Shown: positions 15,071 to 22,720 of the stretch, piece by piece
Layout: every line of letters begins with the position of its first letter
How positions within the stretch are numbered: the stretch's first letter is position 1
Assembly (NCBI GenBank): GCA_902826385.1
Contig: CADEEU010000003.1
Location: 1 to 29,483, forward strand
Direction of reading: 5' to 3'
Length of the DNA: 29,483 bases
Source of the DNA: an uncultured Acidobacteriota bacterium
GTDB lineage: Bacteria; Acidobacteriota; Blastocatellia; Pyrinomonadales; Pyrinomonadaceae
Program-made: the position numbers and the translations under genes
Notes under the pieces: model-generated
Told to the model about the DNA's origin: nothing
What the model saw: only the letters and a program-made list of their open reading frames with translations
The model's database searches: none

Positions 15071-16279
15071 CTATTCAATCATGTCCAGGACGGATGTGGG
15101 GTTTGTCGTTGCGGGCGGCGGAGGTGCCATCGGTGCCGGAGCGTTCATAGTTCCGCGGGCCTGGTTGACGTAATCCTCCGTGGAAGAAAGGCCTTTGAGC
15201 TGCAGCAGAAGATTGTTCTGGTTGGTTGCATACGACAACCCGTCTTCCAGCGAGATTTTTTTCGTTTCGATCATCCTGCGAATGACCGAATCGAAATCCT
15301 GCATGCCGTCGATCTCGCCGTCGCGAATAGCGTCAAGCAGCGTTTTGCCCTCGCTTTCACCCTTTTCAATATACTCACGCGTACGCGGATTGGATTTTAA
15401 TACCTCGACTGCGGCAATACGGCCCGAGCCGTCGCCTTTCGGGATCAAACGTTGCGACACGATGTAGCGGAACGTCTGTGCCAGACGCGTGCGGATAATG
15501 CGCTCTTCGTTCTTTGGATAAAGCCCAATGATACGGTCGATCGTTTTAGAAGCGTCGATCGTGTGCAGCGTAGAAAGAACAAGGTGACCCGTCTCGGCCG
15601 CTTCGAGCGCAATCTCGGCAGTTTCAAGGTCGCGCATCTCGCCGACGAGAATAACTTTCGGCGCCTGTCGCAAAGCGGCACGCAGGGCCGAGGCAAAATC
15701 CTTTGTGTCGGCACCGACCTCTCGCTGATTTATCGTGCTCTTTTTGTGGTTGTGCAGAAACTCGATCGGATCTTCGATGGTAACGATGTGATAGCTTTTC
15801 GTCTCATTGATGCGGTCAATGATCGCGGCGAGCGTCGAGCTTTTACCGGAACCGGTCGGACCGGTCAACAGGACGACGCCGTTTCGGATATTGGCAATAT
15901 CTGCGAGAGTGTCCGGAAGAGCGAGCGACTCAAAACTCGGAATCTCGTGCGGGATAACACGCATTACAATTGAGTACGAATTACGCTGCTGAAAAATATT
16001 TACACGAAACCTGCACTTTCCCGGCAAAGCATAGCTAAGATCGGCGGTCCGAAATTTTGCCAACTGTGCCGCCGCGTCCGCATTGTCGCGAAGTATCGAC
16101 ATCGCAATCATCTCAGTCTGGTAGGCGCTCAGACGGCCCAGGCCCAGAGGCGATGCGGAATAAAGCGTACCGTTGATTTCGACCTGTGGTTTTTGGCCAC
16201 AGGAAAAGTTCAGATCGCTGACGTTGTCGGACGTAAGCAGCATCTGCTCAATAATGGGTGCTACATCAAGCAAACTCAT
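15071..16279 (-). CDS. pilT: PilT/PilU family type IV pilus retraction ATPase
   Basis: Walker A GPTGSGKS, TIEDPIEF, LRQAPKVILVGEMRD and GHLVLSTLHT. Start reassigned to ATG 16279 after AGGAG. The AIRNLIRE motif is absent, so it may be PilU-like. Confidence 0.88.
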   Translation of the reverse strand: MSLLDVAPIIEQMLLTSDNVSDLNFSCGQKPQVEINGTLYSASPLGLGRLSAYQTEMIAMSILRDNADAAAQLAKFRTADLSYALPGKCRFRVNIFQQRNSYSIVMRVIPHEIPSFESLALPDTLADIANIRNGVVLLTGPTGSGKSSTLAAIIDRINETKSYHIVTIEDPIEFLHNHKKSTINQREVGADTKDFASALRAALRQAPKVILVGEMRDLETAEIALEAAETGHLVLSTLHTIDASKTIDRIIGLYPKNEERIIRTRLAQTFRYIVSQRLIPKGDGSGRIAAVEVLKSNPRTREYIEKGESEGKTLLDAIRDGEIDGMQDFDSVIRRMIETKKISLEDGLSYATNQNNLLLQLKGLSSTEDYVNQARGTMNAPAPMAPPPPATTNPTSVLDMIE

Positions 16280-16479
16280 TAGGTTGGGTGTCTCCTGGAC
16301 AGTTTCAACAAAGGCGGGATTGCGTTTGAAAACAGCTGGAAGCGATAGCTGTCTCGCTGAGATATTATTACCTAATAAATTCTGGAAATGCAAGCACTTT
16401 TTAACTGTGCAAAACTTTGTTAAGCGTTTACGGGACGACTTCGAACCACCTGGTATCTCAAAAAAACCGCCCTAATTCT

Positions 16480-16508
16480 TTGACACAATGGCGGTTTTTC
16501 CATAAACT
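16480..16508 (+). promoter_or_regulatory. sigma70 promoter of the rpmH-rnpA-yidD-yidC operon
   Basis: TTGACA-N17-TAAACT. Confidence 0.7.
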
Positions 16509-16536
16509 CAAAGTTTTCACTTTCGGGTGAATTTTA

Positions 16537-17094
16537 ATGGAGAGTAATTATGCCGCAGAGAACATTTCAACCGAACAACCGCCGCCGCGCGAAAAAGCAC
16601 GGCTTCAGGGCGAGGATGGCGACGAAGAACGGCCGGGCGGTGCTGAAACGCCGCAGGGCAAAGGGCCGCAAACGCCTGACAGTTCAGCATTATTAGACTT
16701 TTCGCTGCCAAAGGAAGCCCGGCTGCGCAAGCGTGCCGAGTTCCTTAAGGTTTACGAGCACGGAAAGCGCATTGAAGGCCGTTTTATGACGGTTTTCCTT
16801 TTGCCTGCTTCCGGCAGCCTCCATCGCGTCGGCATCACAGCCACGAAAAAGGCGATCGGCACGAAGGCGCATGACCGCAACCGGGCAAAGCGATTACTTC
16901 GCGAGGCGTTCCGATTAAGCCGGAACGAAGTGGATGCGATTGGCGTAAAGCTTGACTGGGTGCTGAACGCCAGACGAAATATTTTGAAGACAAAGCTCGC
17001 CGGGCCGCTGGAGGATTTCAGGGCGATAGCCGCAAAGGTGGCGAGATCGGCAGAACTTTTAGCCACAGAAGCTCCGAAGGAACACAGAACGTAA
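16537..17094 (+). CDS. rnpA: Ribonuclease P protein component (start uncertain; the only canonical in-frame start lies upstream of rpmH)
   Basis: [22 protein letters not shown] and the RNR motif [16 protein letters not shown]; position between rpmH and yidD. Confidence 0.9.
   Translation: MESNYAAENISTEQPPPREKARLQGEDGDEERPGGAETPQGKGPQTPDSSALLDFSLPKEARLRKRAEFLKVYEHGKRIEGRFMTVFLLPASGSLHRVGITATKKAIGTKAHDRNRAKRLLREAFRLSRNEVDAIGVKLDWVLNARRNILKTKLAGPLEDFRAIAAKVARSAELLATEAPKEHRT
16550..16696 (+). CDS. rpmH: 50S ribosomal protein L34
   Basis: Hand-translated: [48 protein letters not shown], with a GGAG Shine-Dalgarno; too short for the ORF track. Confidence 0.97.
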   Translation: MPQRTFQPNNRRRAKKHGFRARMATKNGRAVLKRRRAKGRKRLTVQHY

Positions 17095-17154
17095 ATTGAG
17101 TAATTTGCATTTGTGCATTACTTTCTGTGAACTCCGGCGTCCTCTGTGGCAAAA
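17057..17154. repeat. Imperfect inverted repeat (GCCACAGA...CACAGAA) overlapping the rnpA 3' end
   Basis: TTTTAGCCACAGA...CACAGAA at 17057-17089 faces TTCTGTG...TCTGTGGCAAAA at 17123-17154. Confidence 0.55.
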
Positions 17155-17166
17155 TTGCTTTAAAGG

Positions 17167-17376
17167 ATGAAATTTCTCGTGCTCGATCTGCTGGGTGTTT
17201 ATAAGGCGATGGTTTCGCCTTTTCTTCCGCCTGCGTGCAGATTTGAGCCGAGCTGTTCCGAGTATACAAAGCAGGCTGTCGAGAAATACGGCGCGCTTCG
17301 GGGAACCTGGATGGGCCTCAAACGTATATTACGCTGCCAGCCGTTTTGCAGCGGCGGCCATGACCCGGTGGAGTAA
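17167..17376 (+). CDS. yidD: Membrane protein insertion efficiency factor YidD
   Basis: CRFEPSCSEY...KYGA..G......RILRCQPF..GG.DPV. Confidence 0.95.
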   Translation: MKFLVLDLLGVYKAMVSPFLPPACRFEPSCSEYTKQAVEKYGALRGTWMGLKRILRCQPFCSGGHDPVE

Positions 17377-17449
17377 TTTGCAGTTTTTAGTTTGCCGATT
17401 TGCGAATGCAATTTCTCAAGATCGCAAATTGCAAATCTAAAATCGCAGA
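17377..17449. repeat. Intergenic imperfect inverted repeat of 7-nt units
   Basis: TTTGCAG/TTTTTAG/TTTGCCG/ATTTGCG faces TCGCAAA/TTGCAAA/TCTAAAA/TCGCAGA. Confidence 0.6.
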
Positions 17450-17457
17450 TTTGTAAG

Positions 17458-19386
17458 ATGGATCAACCAAATAATCAAAATCAGTCCCGTTTTCTGATCG
17501 CGGCAGTGCTGTCGATGGTCGTGCTGTTCGGATGGTCGTACTTTTTTGCTCCGACCAGGCCCGCGACGAATTCGAATACAACCAGCGCCGAGGTTGCGAA
17601 CGCGAACACCGGCCAACCACAGCAGACGCCTGCCGCTCCGGCTTCTCAGCCGACGCCGCCGCCCGTCGCCGCGACGCCTGACACCACGCCGAATCGGGCG
17701 ATCACAATAAAATCGCCATTATACGAAGTAACGCTCGATTCAAAGGGTGCGGTCGCGACAAGCTGGATATTGCTGAGAAACAGGACGCCGAAAAGCGATC
17801 AGCCGATATACGCCGACGGCTCGACCGGATCCGAAAAAAAGCCGCTGCAGCTTATTTCGCAAAAAGCGCTCGAGCAAAGCCCGCGTGAACTTCCCTTTCG
17901 CCTTTCTACCGCTGACCAGAACCTGACGACGCTTGCGAACGAGCGAAATTATCAAATCTCGGCCCCGGAAGAGACGATAACGCTGGCCGACGGTCAGGAA
18001 AAGCAGATCGACTTTACGCTGACCGACGCGAGCGGCGTCGAGGTTAAAAAATCGTTTGTATTCCGCGGCGACAGCTACATTTCCGACCTCGGGGTAACGT
18101 TCAAACAAAACGGACAGCCGGTTCCGAACACGCGTCTGGCCATCGGCGCAAGCATCGGCGACCACGCGATCAACCACCACGGGTTTTATCATATCGAGTC
18201 CGAAACGGTCGCGATTGTGAACGGCGATATCCTGCGGCACCAAGGCTATTACTCGTTTACCTACGACGCGAATAACCAAGCGTCGTTAGCCGATCAGGGC
18301 ACCGTCGATTGGGCGGGTGTGGGCGATGCTTATTTCGCCATGGCTGCGATTCCGGCCACTCCCCAGCAGGGCGTCGAGTATCGTGCCTTCAAATACGAAG
18401 TGCAGACGCAGCCGTTTTTCCCGAGCATTTGGAGCTGGGTGATCCGCAGCGCCCAAACGAAAGAGACGCGGCATCTTGTGACGGCGTTTGTCCCCGTGAC
18501 GACGGACGGAACGGTTACGAAGATCTTTACGGGCTCGAAAGACTATTTCCTGGTTTCTCACCTGGCGGATTCGCTGCGTGGAGCAGACGGCCGGCAGATC
18601 GACATAGTCAATTTGATCAATTTCAGCAACTATCGGATACTTCGATTTTTCGTCAAACCGCTCTCGATCCCGATTCTGCACGCTCTTCATTTTTTCAACA
18701 ACATAACGGCCAATTACGGGCTCGCGATCATCATCTTTACGTTCCTGTTTTATTCGCTCCTGTTCCCGCTGAGGTGGAAGCAGTCGAAGTCGTTCAAGAA
18801 AGCTTCGGCGAATGCACCGAAGATGCAGGAGCTGCAGAAGAAGATCAAGGACATGCAGGGAAAGGGCGTTCCGACGGACGACCCGCGGATGCGCGAGCTG
18901 CAAATGCAGCAGCTGCGTCTGACAAAGGACGCGTTGCCGATAGGCGGCTGTCTGCCGATGCTGCTGCAATTCCCGCTGCTGTTTGCTTTCTACACAGCTA
19001 TCTCGGTCGCTCTGGACGCTCGTCAAGCGTCGTTCATGTGGATTCCGGACCTGTCGGCGGCTGACCCGTGGCACTTGCTCGAATTCGGATTTGCGATCTC
19101 GATGATATTGGCGATGAAATTTACGCCGACCGCCGCCGCCGTGACACCCGAACAGCAAATGCAGCAAAAGATGATGACCTGGCTGATGCCGGTTATGATG
19201 CTGTGGGTAATGTGGACCGCTCCGGCCGGATTGCTGCTGTACTGGTTCTTTGGCAACATCGTCAGTTTTGGCCAGCAGATGATCATCAACCGGTTGAACA
19301 AAACCAACGAACCGCCGGCGGCCGAAGTGGTGGAGACTGTGCCGAAGAATGCAAAGAAGGTGAAGCCGAAGTTGAGCACCTCATAG
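17458..19386 (+). CDS. yidC: Membrane protein insertase YidC
   Basis: N-terminal TM, large periplasmic domain, NYGLAIII.T, GGCLPMLLQFP, DLSAADP and PAGLLLYW; start reassigned to ATG 17458. Confidence 0.96.
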   Translation: MDQPNNQNQSRFLIAAVLSMVVLFGWSYFFAPTRPATNSNTTSAEVANANTGQPQQTPAAPASQPTPPPVAATPDTTPNRAITIKSPLYEVTLDSKGAVATSWILLRNRTPKSDQPIYADGSTGSEKKPLQLISQKALEQSPRELPFRLSTADQNLTTLANERNYQISAPEETITLADGQEKQIDFTLTDASGVEVKKSFVFRGDSYISDLGVTFKQNGQPVPNTRLAIGASIGDHAINHHGFYHIESETVAIVNGDILRHQGYYSFTYDANNQASLADQGTVDWAGVGDAYFAMAAIPATPQQGVEYRAFKYEVQTQPFFPSIWSWVIRSAQTKETRHLVTAFVPVTTDGTVTKIFTGSKDYFLVSHLADSLRGADGRQIDIVNLINFSNYRILRFFVKPLSIPILHALHFFNNITANYGLAIIIFTFLFYSLLFPLRWKQSKSFKKASANAPKMQELQKKIKDMQGKGVPTDDPRMRELQMQQLRLTKDALPIGGCLPMLLQFPLLFAFYTAISVALDARQASFMWIPDLSAADPWHLLEFGFAISMILAMKFTPTAAAVTPEQQMQQKMMTWLMPVMMLWVMWTAPAGLLLYWFFGNIVSFGQQMIINRLNKTNEPPAAEVVETVPKNAKKVKPKLSTS

Positions 19387-19439
19387 GTCCTGGCAAACTT
19401 CAGTTTGCCGACGCGCGACAAACTGAAGTTTGTCGGACA
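19387..19439. repeat. REP-like inverted doublet of palindromes
   Basis: CAAACTTCAGTTTG (19394-19407) is the exact reverse complement of CAAACTGAAGTTTG (19419-19432); each unit is itself a hairpin. Confidence 0.75.
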
Positions 19440-19444
19440 TAAAT

Positions 19445-19894
19445 ATGAACGAAACCTGCACAAACGCCGAACAATTTCTCTCCGAGCTGGTCGTCGATCT
19501 CGGCCTGCAGTTGAAGGTTTCCGCCGAGATGACGGATGAGGGCTGCATGCTCGACCTGCAAGGCGAAGATTCGCACTTTGCCCATGCAGAGAACGGCGAG
19601 CTGCTAGATGCGTTCGAAACTCTGCTGTTCCAGATCTACGGCCGCCAACTCGACCGCGAACACCGCTTTGTCGTCGATGCCGACGGCTATCGCCAAACCC
19701 GCAAGAAAGAGCTCCAGGCAATGGCCCGCTTCGCCGGCGATCAGGTGAGAAAGAACGGCCGTCCGTTCACGTTCGGCGTTCTGAACTCAACCGAGCGAAG
19801 GATAATACACACCACTCTACAACTTGAGGAAGATCTGACCAGCGAATCCGTCGGCGACGGCCGAGAGAGACGCCTGCAGGTCAGACTTAGGTAG
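19445..19894 (+). CDS. jag: Jag/KhpB/EloR-family RNA-binding protein (KH plus R3H, no Jag_N domain)
   Basis: VVDADGYRQ.R..EL...A and LNSTERRIIHT (R3H motif); position between yidC and mnmE. Confidence 0.88.
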   Translation: MNETCTNAEQFLSELVVDLGLQLKVSAEMTDEGCMLDLQGEDSHFAHAENGELLDAFETLLFQIYGRQLDREHRFVVDADGYRQTRKKELQAMARFAGDQVRKNGRPFTFGVLNSTERRIIHTTLQLEEDLTSESVGDGRERRLQVRLR

Positions 19895-19905
19895 CTACGG
19901 AAGAA

Positions 19906-19992
19906 AAATTCCCAATTGTAAATTTTCAATTCTCAACTGATCATCAATACCGACAACCGTTTTATTGACGATCAATTTACAATTAGGAATTT
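19906..19992. repeat. Intergenic inverted repeat of 7-nt units
   Basis: AAATTCCCAATTGTAAATT (19906-19924) matches the reverse complement of 19974-19992 at 18/19; units CAATTGT/AAATTTT/CAATTCT/CAACTGA. Confidence 0.75.
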
Positions 19993-20015
19993 AAACCCTC
20001 CTTTGAACATTGCCG

Positions 20016-21398
20016 ATGGCAAACACGATAGTCGCACTTGCAACACCACTGGGCCGCAGCGGCATAGGTGTCGTTAGGCTGAGCGGGAAAGACAGCCTGT
20101 CGTTCGCGGCAAGTCTGTGCGACGGGAGGAATTTCGATCCCGAACCCCGCCGCGCTTATCTAAGAAGCATTTTCGATATTGAAACCGGGGAGCCGATCGA
20201 CGAAGCGATCCTGACCTATTTTAAAGCTCCGCACTCGTTCACCGGTGAAGATGTCATTGAAATCAGTTGTCACGGCTCGCCGGTATTGCTGCGACAGGTT
20301 TTAGATGCGTGTTTAAGGTTGGGCGCACGGATGGCCGAGCCTGGCGAATTTAGTTTGCGTGCTCTGGCAAACGGGCGAATGAATTTGGCCGAGGCCGAAG
20401 CGATTCGCGATTTGATTGACGCGCAAACTGCGGCGTCAGCGAGGCAGGCCGTGCGACAGATGCGTGGTGAATTTTCGCACACGCTGCAGCCGATCAAGGA
20501 CGATCTGCTGGATGCGATCGTGGTACTCGAATCGGCGTTGGAGTTTGTCGAGGACGATTTGCCGGAAATGCAGGCGGCGGGCATCAGGCAAAAACTGGGC
20601 GATACTGCCGAAAACATCGGCCGAATCGCCACTACCTTCAGGGCCGGAAAGCTTATCCGCGACGGTCTGCGCGTGACGCTGGTCGGGCGTCCGAACGTCG
20701 GCAAATCAAGTCTTTTTAATGCGTTTTTGGGTTCCGACCGGGCGATCGTAACTGAGATTCCCGGAACCACGCGCGATCAGATCCACGAGCGTTTTGTCGT
20801 TAACGACATTCCCGTCTCGCTTATCGACACGGCTTGTTTGCGAGAGACCGAAGATGTGGTTGAGAGTATCGGCGTCGAGCGTTCGCGGATGGCTATGGCC
20901 GACGCTGACCTTGTGGTCGTGCTGATCGATGCATCGGAGAAAGTGTCGAAGGAAGACATCGAGATTCTGAGAAGCGTAGAAGAATTGCCGCACATTGTGG
21001 TCGCAAATAAGATCGACAAGATCAGCGGTTCGGACGAGAATGCATGTTTCGAAGAAATTACAGCGGAATTTTCTAATCGCCAAACCGAAATTGCCGCTGT
21101 GTCTGCAAAACAAGGGACGGGAATAGACCGGCTAAAGAAAGCGATCGTAACGCGGTTTGCTCCCGACACCGACAACGGCTCGGGGTTTCTGGTCACGGAC
21201 GCTCGACATCACGATCTGCTCGTCAGGGCCAGGGACGAAATTGAATCATCCATTGCGCTGCTCGATCAAAAGACGAGCGAAGAGATTGTCCTGGTCGGAC
21301 TGCACAACGCGCTTCGATACCTTGGGCAAATAACCGGCGAAACCACGACCGAAGACATGCTGACGCGGATCTTTTCTACGTTTTGTATCGGTAAGTAA
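20016..21398 (+). CDS. mnmE: tRNA modification GTPase MnmE
   Basis: [39 protein letters not shown] and the terminal FCIGK; the G3 motif reads DTAC. Confidence 0.97.
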   Translation: MANTIVALATPLGRSGIGVVRLSGKDSLSFAASLCDGRNFDPEPRRAYLRSIFDIETGEPIDEAILTYFKAPHSFTGEDVIEISCHGSPVLLRQVLDACLRLGARMAEPGEFSLRALANGRMNLAEAEAIRDLIDAQTAASARQAVRQMRGEFSHTLQPIKDDLLDAIVVLESALEFVEDDLPEMQAAGIRQKLGDTAENIGRIATTFRAGKLIRDGLRVTLVGRPNVGKSSLFNAFLGSDRAIVTEIPGTTRDQIHERFVVNDIPVSLIDTACLRETEDVVESIGVERSRMAMADADLVVVLIDASEKVSKEDIEILRSVEELPHIVVANKIDKISGSDENACFEEITAEFSNRQTEIAAVSAKQGTGIDRLKKAIVTRFAPDTDNGSGFLVTDARHHDLLVRARDEIESSIALLDQKTSEEIVLVGLHNALRYLGQITGETTTEDMLTRIFSTFCIGK

Positions 21399-21401
21399 GG
21401 A

Positions 21402-22595
21402 CTAAAGAGTTGTTAGAAACTCTTCGACCGCCACTTCGAGTGCACCGCCGATGGCAGAACCGACGGGTTCGCCGGCTTCGACGGACCAGCCTTCGAATTT
21501 GCCGACGATGCTGCGGCGGATTGCTTCGAACATCGGGTCTTTGATGAACTGCCAGCCGTAAACCAGGCGGCCGCTGATAATGACCCGCGGAACGCCGATG
21601 CCCATTATTACGTTCGCGATTCCGATGCCGAGATAGTCGCCGATCTTCTCTAAAGAGCGGCGCGAGCGGTTATCGCCGTTCTCTGCCTTGCTGACGATCT
21701 CGACAAACCTCGGTACGCTTTCGCCGCGGCCGGGCGGGCGATCACCGAGATAAAGCGTCGCCGCCGATGCAGCAGAGGCATATTTTTCCCAACAGCCGCG
21801 ATTGCCGCAGACACACGGTTTTCCGCCGGCGACAATAGTCATGTGGCCGAACTCGCCTGCAATGCCGATCCCGCTGCCACTGCCGCGAAATACCTCACCG
21901 CCTATAACAAGCCCGACGCCGATGCCGGTTCCTGAACGCACGAGAATGAAGTTGGACATCAGCCCTTCCTCCGTGCGGCGAATTCGCACGCGCGCTTCGT
22001 ACATGGCGGCGGCCGTCGAGTCGTTTTCAACGATGACTTTTACCGACTCATTTACCTTGAGTTTGTCGGCGATCTGAACGTTGTCCCAGCCAAGATTCGG
22101 TGCGTAAACCAGTTCGCTGCGCGAAGCATCGGTCATGCCCGGGACGCTAACGCCGATCACGCGAAGCTGTTTGTCCGGATTGTTTCGGTAGATGCTCTCG
22201 ATGCGCTCACGGGCCATCCTCAACGCGAAGGTCGCTGTTGACGGCGTCTCGAAATCAACCTCTTCTTCAATTTCTCCGTTGAGCGAGATCAACCCGACCT
22301 GAGAGCGACGGACGCCTAGATTAAGCCCGATGAAATAGTCGCGGTCGTTTACGAATGAAAGTACGCGGGCCTTTCTTCCTTCGCCTTCCTGTGTCTCTTC
22401 ACGGATAAGCCCCTCGGCGATAAGCGGCTTGATATTTTCCGTCACCGTGCTTTTGTCGATCTCAAGACGGCTGGCAAGCTCGGTGCGCGTCATCGGTTGG
22501 GCCGAGCGTATAAGCCTAAGCAGAAGACTCCTTTTCCTGGCGGGGCTCGGGGCTGCTCCAGCGGATTCCGCATTTATGACGGACCTGTGATTCAT
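21402..22595 (-). CDS. ROK family transcriptional regulator
   Basis: N-terminal HTH (MTRTELASRLEIDKSTVT), VENDSTAAA, GTGIGVG, and the Zn motif GEFGH...CVCGNRGCWE. Confidence 0.93.
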   Translation of the reverse strand: MNHRSVINAESAGAAPSPARKRSLLLRLIRSAQPMTRTELASRLEIDKSTVTENIKPLIAEGLIREETQEGEGRKARVLSFVNDRDYFIGLNLGVRRSQVGLISLNGEIEEEVDFETPSTATFALRMARERIESIYRNNPDKQLRVIGVSVPGMTDASRSELVYAPNLGWDNVQIADKLKVNESVKVIVENDSTAAAMYEARVRIRRTEEGLMSNFILVRSGTGIGVGLVIGGEVFRGSGSGIGIAGEFGHMTIVAGGKPCVCGNRGCWEKYASAASAATLYLGDRPPGRGESVPRFVEIVSKAENGDNRSRRSLEKIGDYLGIGIANVIMGIGVPRVIISGRLVYGWQFIKDPMFEAIRRSIVGKFEGWSVEAGEPVGSAIGGALEVAVEEFLTTL

Positions 22596-22720
22596 AACTT
22601 TGATTTATGCTCGTTTATTCTACAACGAATGAATCTCGATTTCATATTCATTTCGTCTGTTACTTTTCGCTTGAGCGGATTTAGCCATACAATTGAGATG
22701 CAAAAGGAGAATCTAGAAAA

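Noticed and set aside
16406-16414. DnaA-box consensus match TGTGCAAAA (also TTTTGCACA at 7076-7084), suggesting oriC
   Set aside because: These are isolated relaxed-consensus hits, of which about two are expected by chance in 30 kb; there is no box cluster or adjacent dnaA.
22625-22656. Imperfect inverted repeat ACGAATGAAT...ATTCATTTCGT as a ROK operator
   Set aside because: It needs a gap to align, is AT-rich and occurs once; support is too weak.
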